From the NCBI GenBank assembly GCA_030390025.1, contig CM059443.1, positions 67,208,001 to 67,272,000 of the forward strand: a stretch of 64,000 nucleotides of DNA. The letters run 5' to 3'. The translations under genes and the position numbers were made by a program. Below, piece by piece: positions 55,801-64,000 of this stretch. The stretch's first letter is position 1. Every line of letters starts with the position of its first letter. The notes under the pieces were generated by a model, which worked only from the letters and a program-made list of their open reading frames with translations, made no database searches and was not told the DNA's origin. The stretch is from Squalus acanthias. Taxonomy: Eukaryota.

Positions 55801-58800
55801 CACAGTGCAATCGACTGTTAAAATGGTGCCCTGCCCCTGACTGTCACCATGTTATTAAAGTCCAGTACCCTGATGCAAAGCCAGTTCGCTGTAAATGTGG
55901 GCGGCAGTTCTGGTAAGTGTGCAGAGCACAACAGATTTCTACCTAAATGTCACTCTTAGTTATTGGGTGTCTTTAAGTATCTGAATTGAAGTCTGAGTCA
56001 CACAAATATTAAGTAAGATTTTTTTAATTTACAGCTTCAACTGTGCTGAGAATTGGCACGATCCTGTTAAATGCAAGGTGAGAGAGAGACTCTGGCATGT
56101 ACTTCATCGATAAATTCACAGTACTAGTTTCACATTAGTGATGAGACTGTGTTCCTGTATAAGCTCAATTTATTTTAAAGTTCTCAGTAAATTAAGTATA
56201 ACTTTAATGCCTTTCCCTTATATACTAAGACTGCAATATACCTGGGGAACCATTGAAGCAGACAGGATAAATGGGTTTAGGAGACAATTAGATGTCATTT
56301 CTAGAGACAGAAGGGATTCGGCGGTGTGGGGAGGGGTGGGTGGGGTTGATCTCTGAAAAGGGGATGTATTTGTGAAACCTAATGGCCTTGTTCTATTCAT
56401 CCTCCCTCTCATTTGTACTAACTATATCCTAAGATTAGATTGAGAAAAGTGATGGTGACTAAATTAATTTTCCACAACTGGGTTAGGGGGAAAAAAAAGC
56501 GAGATTTTGAAGGTATGGAGTCCATGATTGGAAGTGGTCATGTCTGGACTGTGGAAGGAACGGGTTTGACGGGCTGAATGGCTTTCTTGTTCCAAGGTTG
56601 CTTGCTTGATTACTTATGGAGCTTTCCATAATGCAGCATCTGGACTATACCTCACTTGGTGGGTTTTCTGTCTTCATGGCTTTTGGGGAGGTAGGGTTCA
56701 ATTGGTTCGAGAATCTTGGATGCTTGACCATAAAAGATCTGAGGAGAGGGGCCTCTGAGATTTGTTTATTGAGATGTAGTAAATAATTGTTAATTCATTA
56801 AGAATTTGTGCTATAAATTGACCGGTTAATAATAAGGAGCAATGGTGCATCAAAAGGAATGATCAGCCCTGTATACACTGTACTGCTTGATTTAATAAAG
56901 GATAAACCAAGCTCCACCCACAAGGTACCCGTGTAAATAGAACAACAACAACCATGCTCCTTTATAAAGTGGCTCTGGTCTTTTTCCATGGGTACCCGTC
57001 CTGAAAATCCTTATTTTGAGCAGTTGGAAGTGCACCTTTTAGGAATGTTAATGACATTGCTTGTTGGGAGCATTTCCAGCTTCATGACTAAGTTCCAAGA
57101 TTGGAGAATCCTGGCCTCACTGCAGACGTTTTATTTTTGTTAACACAGTGCAGCTTGCTGAACGACCGTAGTGTGAGGTGTTCCTAGTAAGACCACAATC
57201 TCGACAGACCCTTGCGAGTTACAAATGTCTAGTCCTGTTGATGTAAAGTTCTCCGTTGTAATGACATCAACCTCGTGAGATACATCAAAAGACGAAATGT
57301 GAAAATGAAGCCTTTGTGTGTGTGTGTGTGTGTGGTATAAGATCCAAATGGAGATTTGTAAACCATTATTTCAGAGCACTGGCAGAGCCCAGGGAGCAAG
57401 TCACTTTCTCAGGCAAGATGATGCAGGGACTGGTGTGCGGGAGTGTAATAAATGCCTGAAACACAACGTGTGGTTTACAGTTGCCAATGTTTTGGGATGT
57501 ACTAATCTCCATATTGGCTCAGGCATTTCCAACATGATGATCTGTACTTGCTGTGTATGTCGATGCGCTGGCTGAGCTGTACCAATAACTGCTGTATATA
57601 ACCTGTGTAATGGTGTTGTCTTCCTTGTAGTGGTTGAAGAAGTGGATTAAAAAGTGCGATGATGACAGTGAAACCTCCAATTGGATTGCAGCAAACACTA
57701 AGGTAGACCAGCGACCTCCAGGGACTACCAGTGAAAAGTGGTGCTTTGAGCAGCACCTTGTTCGGTTGGATGACTGATACACCAGACTATTTAAAGATCA
57801 GCCTGTGAAGAATTGCAGAGAAGCCCTCTCTTATTGCTTGCTATTGTGTTCATCCCCAAGAGATTGTCATTATCAGAAGCTGCACATTCCAGAAGCAGTT
57901 CCATCAGGTTTTTTTCAGGCTTCTGCCCACAGAGTTATTTTGTCTCCCTTCCATAGAAATTCCTTCTCTCCCAGCTTTTGAACAATGTTTGCATCTGTCT
58001 TTAGGATAAAGTTAACCTTAAAATGGGGAGCAAGTAAAAGTAAGGACAAAAGGCAAACTGATGGTCTCCATCTCTGTGCTGCCTGTGTTCTCTCTGCCTG
58101 GCACCTGTACAATGTTCTTCCATCTGGTCCAAGTGACCATTGTTCAGGTGTGAGCATCGGTAGGTTATTTGCTGTGTGCGTGTTTGGAAGGAGGCAATGG
58201 AGAGTGTACTAACCAAGCTTGGTCCTCTCCACATCCAGCGCCCACATTCCTGTGACTTCTGATATGATGGGCACAATGTTCCCTTTGTTGGGTGTGCAGC
58301 CCATTCAAAATACTGTGTATTCGCAGTTTTTCCCCATTTAAAAGCCGGTGAGCTGGCTGCGTGAGAGCTCCAGAGCGCTGCTTGCTGGGCAGCTTAAAGG
58401 GATCGCTGGATGGGCAGCACTCCACAGGATAAAGGTGGAAACCTTCATAGATTAAACAGCAAACTAAATGCACATTTCCATGGTCCTCAAGTTGCTGTTG
58501 GGCATTCAGTCACCTGCAAATGAGCCGGCCTTGAGCAATGGAAGGAGCAACGGTTACCAGAGTATGGGAGAGGGGTGTACAGAGGCTGCGGGGGCTCCAT
58601 TTAAGCGCTGTTCTCCAGGGTCCCCTACTTAAAAGTGCCGCAACAACTGAACAGTAAAGCTCCAACATAAATTTATTTTAATGGTAAGTGATTCTCATTT
58701 CCGCAGTAAAGAATGGCATTACACAGCTCACAGCAATAACTTGGTGTTGTATTTTTATTCACTATAGTCTGACGTGAGTAGTACTCACCAAGCACCATAG

Positions 58801-61800
58801 TTGCTGTGGCAAATCAATGATCACTTAAAGTAAAATTACATAGAATTAAATAGAAATGACAACATGGAAACAGGCCATTCAGCCCAACCACTCCATGTAG
58901 TGCTTATCCTCCATATGAGCAATGATACTAATCCTAATGCCCACCCTGTTCTCATATGCCTTCATTCCGCTTTACTTCAACCACCGATCTAACCTTAAAT
59001 GTTGATACGATCTCTGCTTCAATTGCTAACTCTGGTCGGGCAAGCCACAGCCACATAGCCCTCTGTAAAAATGTTTCTCCTGCTCTCTGTCCTAAATCTC
59101 TTACATTTAATCTCATATGCATGTCCCCTTTTTTTTTTAGAACCCTCGAACACCGAATCACTGGAAGCAGTCTGTTTCTGCATCTACTCTGTCCCCATCA
59201 CTTCATAATGTTGAACACCTCTATCAAATTACCCCTTGAGCTCCTTTGTTCTAATGAAAACAGCCGCAATTTTTCTTTGTATTTCTTGATACTAGGCAGC
59301 ATATGAGTGAATCTGCGCTGTCTCCTCTGTTGCCTCAATATCCTTCCTATAGTGTCGATTCCAAAACTGCACACAATATTCCAACTGTGATCTTTCTAAA
59401 GTTTTATATAGATTAACCATTATATCTCAACTTTTATATTCTATACCTCTTGCCAAAAAACAATATTCCATCAGCTTTCTTTATGGCTTATCCACTTGAG
59501 GTGCTGCTTTTAATGTCTTGTGAACCTGAGCGCCCCCCCCCCCCCCCCCCCAAATCCCTCCACTTCCACATCTTCCAGTCTCTCACCATTCAAAGTTTAA
59601 TTATGACCTTCACTGTTTTTACCAAAATGTACCACCTCACTGACAATGAATTCCATTTAATACTTTTTTTCCCTATTCCACATGTTCTCAATATCCCCTT
59701 GCAGCTTCATTTGGTCTTCAGAATTATTTATTATGCCTCCTATTTTCATATTGTCTGCAAATTTTGGACACCGCTCCCTCCAGCCTTATATCCAAATCAT
59801 TGTACACAGTGAACAGAAGTGTTCCCAGAGCAGGACTCCTGTACCCACTTCCACTATCCACTTCCAGCCATTCTGAGCAACACCCTTAACTCCTACTCTG
59901 TTTCCCTCCTTCTAACCAGTTTTTAATTCAATTTGCTACCCTCTCCTTAATTCTATGCCCCTTAATCTTCTCCAATAGCCTCCTGTGTGGTACCTTGTTA
60001 AAGGCTTTCTGAAAGTCCATGTACACCACATCCACTGTGACGTAAGAAAACTACTAGGCACTTGGTCTAAGCGTTAAACAAAGCTTTAATCAACTGTTTT
60101 ACAATATGGAGGTCTAGTTGTGTCCTTCACTAGTTCCGGTTAAGAATGTCCTGCACAAGCTCGGCCCGTGCCCGAGTATTTATACTCTCCCTGGACTGCG
60201 CCACCTGCAGGCCACTCAGTATTATTTCATAAGTCATGAATGACCAGATTCATGTCACACTGTATTTGCCCAAAACAATTAAACTTGGCTGTAGTTCCTT
60301 GTTTCTTCAGTGTTGTGTCATTACTATGGCTATCGGTGCAGACAGTGTCCTCCACACAAATTGTTGGTTAGGAGGCAAAAGTCTCGAGTAACATGTTGTG
60401 AAATACTCATCTACTCACTCAGGGAGACTTGAGGGAAACAAGTTGACCACAATCTGTCCCAAAACAGACCAAGTACACCGACAGTGTTCTGGAATAGACA
60501 TGCCATTTCCACCCAGCAAGTTTAGTTTGCTAATGAAACATGGGGTACAAAGGGCTCTTAAAGTAAAATATTACCTGGAACATAACTTAAGTGCGTCTAA
60601 TCGCTGTTTACTGTCCTTTAACCCTCGGATTGATTTCTCAATATGGCTTGCTAATTCATTGGGCTTGGTAGGTAGTTGATTAGTATCGAGCGATACCATA
60701 TTAGAACTCAAGTGTAGTCATCTGTTGCTTATCTGTAGTTGGATCTTTACTGTTCACTAACAATGTCTCAACAGGAATGCCCGAAATGCCATGTGACCAT
60801 TGAGAAGGACGGTGGATGCAATCACATGGTTTGTCGCAATCAGAATTGTAAAGCAGAATTCTGTTGGGTTTGCCTTGGTCCCTGGGAGCCACACGGATCT
60901 GCCTGGTTAGTCTGTCAGTCGCTGCGCTCTTGTAAAAAGCAGAGGTTTAGCATTATCCAATATTTGAATTGTTTTGGGCACTGGGTTGCATGATTTGGTA
61001 GGATGCTGTTGTACCTCAGTGACCCAAGTTTGAATCCAGGCAAGATACTTGATTGAAGGTCTCTGCTCCAGAAGAGATGTTCTGTCCTGCTTTCAGTACC
61101 TGGGCACAATTTCGCGTCCACTGAGATGGCATTCCTACTCCAAATCAATGGAACAGGGCTAGGCTGAATATTATAGTAAGGAACTCTGACTAAATACACA
61201 ATATTGAGAGGTCGCACAACACCAGGTTATAGTCCAACAGTTTTATTTGAAATCACAAGCTTTCGGAGCTATCGATTTGCTCCTTCCTCAGGTGAAGTAA
61301 ATTAGATACAGAATCTCCAAAGCATATATAGATGGAAAACAAAGCATGTGTACTTTACAATTGCAGACCAATAAATTAAATCATCCTGACTATCTGCCGA
61401 GGTGTGATAAAGTTAATTAAGTCAGCCAGGAAGGTACCACATCAAAGACATAGCAAGATACAACTGAGATTCTGTATCTAATTTACTTCACCTGAGGAAG
61501 GAGCAAATCGATAGCTCCGAAAGCTTGTGATTTCAAATAAAACTGTTGGACTATAACCTGGTGTTGTGCGACCTCTCAATTTTGTCCACCCCAGTCCAAC
61601 ACCGGCATCTCCGCATCATAAATACACAATAGCCAGTGGGAGAATTAACCTCTTAGCCTGCCCAATATAATTGATATGGGGAAGAAGCGTTTGATAAAGT
61701 GCCACATAATAGGTTTGCCAGCAAAGTTGAAGCCCATGGAATAAAAGGGACAGTGGCAGCATGGATACGAAATTGGCTAAGTGACCGGAAACAGAGAGTA

Positions 61801-63093
61801 GTGGTGAACGGTTGTTTTTCGGACTGGAGGATGGTATACAGTGCTGTTCCCCAGGGGTCGGTTCTAAGAACACTGCTTTTCTTGATGTATATTAATGACT
61901 TGGACTTGGGTGTGCAGAGCACAATTTCAAAATTTGCAGATGACACAAAACTTGGGAGTATAGTGAACAGTGAGGAGGATAGTGATAGACTTCAAGAGGA
62001 CATAGACAGGCTAGTGGAATTGGCGGACACGTAGCAGATGAAATTTAATGCAGAAAAGTGCGAAGTGATACATTTTGGTCGGAAGAACGAGGAGAGGTAA
62101 TATAAACTGAAGGGTACAATTCTAATGGGGGTGCAGGAACATACTCCTGGGGATATATGCGCACAAATTGTTAAAGGTGGCAGGGCAGGTTGAGAAAGCA
62201 GTTAAAAAAGCATACGGGATCCTGGGCTTCATAAATAGAGGCAGAGAGTACAAAAGCAAGGAAGTTATGATGAACCTGTATAAAACACTGGTCCGGCCTC
62301 AACTGGAGTATTGCCCAATTCTGGGCACCGCACTTTAGGAAGGATGTGAAGGCCTTAGAGAGGGTGCAGAAAAGATTTACAAGAATGGTTGCAGGGGTGA
62401 GGGACTTCAGTTACATGGATAGACGAGAGAAGCTGGGGTTGTTCTCCTTAGAGCAGAGAAGGTTGAGAGGAAATTTGATAGAGGTGTTCAAAATCTGGAG
62501 GGGTCTAGACAGAGTAGATAGAGAGAAAATGTTCCCATTGGCGGAAGGGTTGAGAGCCAGAGGACACAGATTTAAGGTGATTGGCAGAAGAGCCAAAGGC
62601 GACCGGAGAGAAACTTTTTTACTCAGCGAGTGGTTATGATCTGGAATTCACTGCCAGAAAGGGTGGTGGAGGCAGACTCAATCGTGGCTTTCAAAATGGA
62701 ATTGGATAAGTACCTGATGGAAAAAAATATGCAGTGCTACGGGGAAAGGGCGGGGGAGTGGGACTAGCTGAAGTGCTCTTGCAGAGAGCCAGCACGGGCT
62801 CGACGGGCCGAATGGCCACCTGTGCTGTAACCATTCTATGATTCTAAGAAGTAACTAATCAATGGATTCAAGTAGTCAAGTCAGCAGGAAGGTTCAGTAA
62901 CTTTTCAATCTGTACATGGTGATAGGAGAAAGTTCTTAACTGGCGTAGAAAGCAATGAGAAATTTATACATGGTCTGTATTTTTTTCTGTTATTAAAGCT
63001 GAAATTAAACTAAGTTACCCCCTCTCTGTTTTTAGGTATAACTGCAATCGTTACAATGAAGATGACGCAAAGGCAGCAAGGGATGCCCAGGAG
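13528..63093 (+). CDS. ARIH1: E3 ubiquitin-protein ligase ARIH1 (HHARI, RBR family); spliced CDS, coding exons 1-11, 3'-partial
   Basis: Eleven GT-AG exons join in frame (288+68+145+93+56+67+107+43+72+131+58 = 1128 nt, 376 aa). They give MDSDEGY...[68 protein letters not shown]...RING1, IBR, RING2 ([20 protein letters not shown]). This is recognisably the vertebrate ARIH1 sequence. The Ariadne-domain exons lie beyond the window. Confidence 0.97.
14100..14508 (+). repeat. G-rich compound minisatellite (about 20-bp and 30/31-bp units)
   Basis: TTGAGCAGGAT(T/C)C(T/G)GGGG(G)TT recurs, with or without a CACTGGGG(G)TT extension. Confidence 0.9.
15351..15450 (+). mobile_element. Penelope-like element terminal fragment with a degenerate minimal hammerhead motif
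   Basis: GGTT CTGCCAA A AGGTC ATC GACCT GAAA CG TT AACT, followed by CTCTCCACAGATGCTGCCTGACCTG...TATTTCCAGCATTTTCTG, which I recall as a common elasmobranch repeat end. Confidence 0.6.
16480..16770 (-). mobile_element. Decayed SINE (family B)
   Basis: ATCAGGAG...GCTAACTCAGCACAG...GAGCCTGG is the reverse complement of 270-410. Confidence 0.45.
20095..20392 (+). mobile_element. Deu-domain SINE, decayed
   Basis: GCACACTTGCCTCTGA...GAGCACATAATC...GAAGAAGAGCAGGGAG...GTCCTGGCCAA...AAATTGGCTGC. Confidence 0.75.
20414..20478 (+). mobile_element. 3' end of a second non-LTR retrotransposon family
   Basis: GGGCAATAAATGCTGGCCTTGCCAGCGACGCCCACATCCCATGAATGAATAA plus an A-rich tail. Reverse-complement copies at about 23462-23572, 30470-30640 and 63812-63905. 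Confidence 0.6.
22354..22421 (+). CDS. ARIH1: ARIH1 coding exon 2
   Basis: Acceptor ctttcacccccag; encodes [22 protein letters not shown](R); donor AG|GTAAGT; 68 nt. Confidence 0.96.
23852..24225 (+). repeat. 29-bp minisatellite, 13 copies
   Basis: Unit CCCCCACTGACAC(A/C)GCGCTGGTGTGTAAA; five A-variant copies followed by eight C-variant copies. Confidence 0.95.
24430..24832 (+). mobile_element. CR1 3' fragment(s) with internal duplication
   Basis: AATTCAGGAGAA...CAGAG(G/A)GTGG...AGAATGTGGA occurs twice; ends CTGTGCTGTAAAATTCTATG. Confidence 0.7.
24840..26280 (-). mobile_element. Probable highly decayed L1/Tx1-like element (endonuclease remnants)
   Basis: Minus-strand fragments ILYAVGD*, NSRID and GHAPITMKL occur in the order expected for the APE motifs GDFN, SRID and SDH. 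Many stops and frameshifts. Confidence 0.35.
28389..28533 (+). CDS. ARIH1: ARIH1 coding exon 3 (start of RING1)
   Basis: Acceptor ttcttgcag; encodes [48 protein letters not shown]; donor TCG|GTGAGT; 145 nt. Confidence 0.96.
31186..31544 (+). repeat. 35-bp GC-rich minisatellite (9 full copies plus degenerate ends)
   Basis: Unit CCCTTCCCCTGGTGTCCAGCACCGTGGGGCC(T/G)CGG. Confidence 0.95.
34527..36209 (+). mobile_element. L2 LINE, 5'-truncated, frameshifted reverse transcriptase
   Basis: Fragments [60 protein letters not shown] and [10 protein letters not shown]; 3' tail GGCGCTATAT...(GTT)n. Confidence 0.93.
37700..38525 (-). mobile_element. CR1 LINE fragment, decayed
   Basis: Begins with the reversed tail GAACATAGGAA...GGCCATT...GATCATGGCTGATCT, then reversed ORF2 C-terminal sequence. 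Confidence 0.75.
38750..39022 (+). mobile_element. Non-LTR retrotransposon ORF2 internal fragment (CR1/L2 group)
   Basis: Translates [21 protein letters not shown]...[35 protein letters not shown], containing the GPD motif found upstream of the RT domain. Confidence 0.75.
39815..40126 (+). mobile_element. Deu-domain SINE body and tail
   Basis: TAAACCGAGGCCC...GAAGAGGAGCAGGGAG...GTTTGTGGG...GGTGCTATATAAATGCAAGTCCTTTC. Confidence 0.8.
42969..43111. mobile_element. Collapsed fold-back Penelope-like mini-element (143 bp), same family as 61204-61618
   Basis: TSD AACATCAGTTGA at 42957-42968 and 43112-43123. Hairpin 42984-43039 is centred on AAGCTT. Shares the tail TTTGTCCACCCCAGTCCAACACCGGCATCTCC with the 61-kb copy. 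Confidence 0.8.
43870..45600 (+). mobile_element. Old decayed CR1 with a younger antisense CR1 tail inserted at about 44995-45215
   Basis: [21 protein letters not shown] and [20 protein letters not shown] are RT-upstream motifs, and the decayed 3' end is present. The reversed tail AGAACATAAGAAATAGGAGCAGGAG starts near 44995. Confidence 0.7.
46806..46923 (+). repeat. 31-bp minisatellite, about 4 copies
   Basis: Unit GTGTCGGTGTGTACCGTGGAGTCTCGGGGCC. Confidence 0.85.
47272..47364 (+). CDS. ARIH1: ARIH1 coding exon 4 (RING1)
   Basis: Acceptor gttgtttgcag; encodes [31 protein letters not shown]; donor CAG|GTATGT; 93 nt. Confidence 0.96.
47475..47530 (+). CDS. ARIH1: ARIH1 coding exon 5 (end of RING1)
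   Basis: Acceptor ctctttgcag; encodes [18 protein letters not shown](M); donor AT|GTAAGT; 56 nt. Confidence 0.96.
48243..48622 (-). mobile_element. Deu-domain SINE with a 33-bp internal tandem duplication
   Basis: Reversed tail AAGAAAGAGCTTGCATTTATATAGCG and Deu domain. GCCCCTCCGACAGTGCGGCGCTCCCTCAGTACT occurs twice (48553-48618). Confidence 0.85.
50689..54795 (-). mobile_element. CR1 LINE, near-complete ORF2 (APE + RT, frameshifted) plus ORF1 esterase C-terminus, interrupted by a nested CR1
   Basis: Minus-strand ORFs: 54425..54631 ([23 protein letters not shown]-type ORF1), 52284..53342 (APE), 51452..52194 (RT: [24 protein letters not shown]) and 50746..51357 (C-terminus). Confidence 0.93.
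53619..54388 (+). mobile_element. 5'-truncated CR1 nested antisense in the larger CR1
   Basis: ORF 53616..54320 is a CR1 ORF2 C-terminus. Flanked by CTAATG at 53613-53618 and 54389-54394 (TSD). Confidence 0.9.
55201..55224 (+). repeat. Poly-C tract (24 nt)
   Basis: Uninterrupted C run about 140 nt upstream of the exon 6 acceptor. Confidence 0.9.
55367..55433 (+). CDS. ARIH1: ARIH1 coding exon 6
   Basis: Acceptor ttttccccag; encodes [22 protein letters not shown]; donor GAG|GTAAGG; 67 nt. Confidence 0.96.
55806..55912 (+). CDS. ARIH1: ARIH1 coding exon 7 (IBR)
   Basis: Acceptor cttttccatcacag; encodes [35 protein letters not shown](C); donor TG|GTAAGT; 107 nt. Confidence 0.96.
56035..56077 (+). 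CDS. ARIH1: ARIH1 coding exon 8 (IBR)
   Basis: Acceptor tttttaatttacag; encodes [14 protein letters not shown]; donor AAG|GTGAGA; 43 nt. Confidence 0.96.
57631..57702 (+). CDS. ARIH1: ARIH1 coding exon 9
   Basis: Acceptor cttccttgtag; encodes [24 protein letters not shown]; donor AAG|GTAGAC; 72 nt. Confidence 0.96.
58840..60037 (-). mobile_element. CR1 LINE fragment, decayed
   Basis: Reversed tail CATAGAA...GGCCATTCAGCCC through the reversed KAF-KVPH RT motif near 60000. Confidence 0.75.
60038..60257 (-). mobile_element. Solo LTR (220 bp)
   Basis: TG...CA termini (TGACGT / ATGTCA). 5-bp TSD CACTG at 60033-60037 and 60258-60262. The minus strand has TATAAA followed by ATTAAA. Confidence 0.75.
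60775..60905 (+). CDS. ARIH1: ARIH1 coding exon 10 (RING2/Rcat; catalytic Cys codon at 60817-60819)
   Basis: Acceptor tctcaacag; encodes [43 protein letters not shown](W); donor TG|GTTAGT; 131 nt. GGCNH is the RBR catalytic motif (human C357, residue 328 here). Confidence 0.97.
61245..61302 (-). ncRNA. Minimal type-I hammerhead ribozyme motif (antisense copy)
   Basis: Exact reverse complement of 61481-61538. Confidence 0.7.
61481..61538 (+). ncRNA. Minimal type-I hammerhead ribozyme motif (sense to ARIH1)
   Basis: Stem I TCAC (61488-91) / GTGA (61527-30); core CTGAGGA (61492-98); stem II GGAGC/GCTCC; GAAA (61519-22); palindromic AAGCTT in place of stem III; predicted cut after CUU at 61526. 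Confidence 0.7.
61683..62846 (+). mobile_element. CR1 LINE 3' 1.15 kb (RT to tail)
   Basis: [21 protein letters not shown] and [12 protein letters not shown] motifs; tail CCATTCTATGATTCT. Closely similar to the reverse complement of 50689-51835. Confidence 0.92.
63036..63093 (+). CDS. ARIH1: ARIH1 coding exon 11
   Basis: Acceptor ctctctgtttttag; encodes [19 protein letters not shown]; donor GAG|GTAAAA; 58 nt. Confidence 0.95.
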
Positions 63094-63519
63094 GTAAAAG
63101 AAGCATGGGGGGTGTGGACAAGCCTATAGAACCCTAGACTGCAGTTGTGGGGAAATATTTCTTGTCGAGTCTTATTCCTTCCAGATTTGAGCTGTGTTAA
63201 AGGCTGTCTTCAAGATCCTTCCAAATTGGATTAGAGCAGACAGCTCTGGTTGAGGAACTAGCACAGTCATGGTGGTCTGAATACCCTTGTGTGCTATCAT
63301 TTCTTTGATTCCTGCAAGTTGATGTTGAGGGCCATGTCCTAGATCCATTTTGATGTGTGTTTGGTGCTGATAGCATCGCTGGGGAGGTCAGCATGAAGCG
63401 GTGAGGGGGCTATCAGCACATCAGTGGAGTTTGCGAGCTACACGTACTCTTGCTCTTGTGGAGATCAATGTGTCACCTATTGAGAATTTCCCATTGTAGT
63501 CATTTCAGTATTGCAGTGG

Positions 63520-63972
63520 CTTCAGGATGCCCAAAGTGCTTTACAACCAATGGGTTACTTTTTTGAAGTGCAGTTGTTATGTAGGCAAACACGGCATCCA
63601 ATATGTGCGTAGCCAGGTGCCACAAATAGCAAATTACCACTTGCTCTGTTTTTGATGGTGTAAGTTGAGGGATGAATGTTGGCTAGGAGATTGAGCTCCT
63701 CTTCAAATAGTGCAATAGCACTTTTTACGTCCACCTGATCAGGCAGACGTTTAATATTTCATCCAAAGGCACCTCTGGCTGTTTACCACTTAGTTTAGGT
63801 TTTCAAAAATTAATTCTCGTGATATGGGCGTCGCTGGCACGGCCGACATTTATTGCCCATCCTTAGTTGCCATCAAGACGGTTGTAGTGGGTCCTCTTAA
63901 ACCACTCAAGTATTGGGCTTGAACCCATGACTTTCTGACTCGGGTGACCAGGTTACAGGCTGAGCCAAACTG
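63520..63972 (-). mobile_element. Decayed Deu-SINE interrupted by a LINE tail fragment (about 63812-63905)
   Basis: Reversed tail and Deu domain at 63520-63775; reversed tRNA head GGGCTTGAACCCATGACTTTCTGACTC...CTGAGCCA at 63915-63968. Confidence 0.65.
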
Positions 63973-64000
63973 CAGTGTGTTTACACTGTTTTATTTAATA

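Larger units (their letters stand above)
61204..61618. mobile_element. Non-autonomous Penelope-like fold-back element (415 bp) with inverted terminal modules
   Basis: 13-bp TSD TAAATACACAATA at 61191-61203 and 61619-61631. Perfect 115-bp inverted repeat (61203-61317 / 61466-61580) with a 148-bp spacer and a 3' tail extension. Confidence 0.85.

Overview
Vertebrate genomic DNA, most likely from a cartilaginous fish (shark). This is inferred from the repeat content: CR1 LINEs, tRNA/Deu-domain SINEs with L2-type tails, and Penelope-type termini. The window holds the CpG-island promoter and coding exons 1-11 of ARIH1, an Ariadne-family RING-between-RING E3 ubiquitin ligase (+ strand, ATG 13528, last visible exon ends 63093). 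All introns are GT-AG, 376 codons are visible, and the gene continues beyond the window. The rest is intergenic or intronic DNA rich in CR1, L2 and Tx1 LINE fragments, SINEs, a Harbinger-type MITE, a 220-bp solo LTR and four minisatellites. The most striking unannotated system is a family of small TSD-flanked fold-back insertions carrying minimal hammerhead-ribozyme motifs (Penelope-like element type) inside ARIH1 introns. One intact 415-bp copy has two inverted hammerheads (61204-61618). One collapsed copy has its symmetry axis on the predicted cleavage site (42969-43111). A decayed second-family motif lies at 15351-15387. All calls were made by eye; no searches were run.
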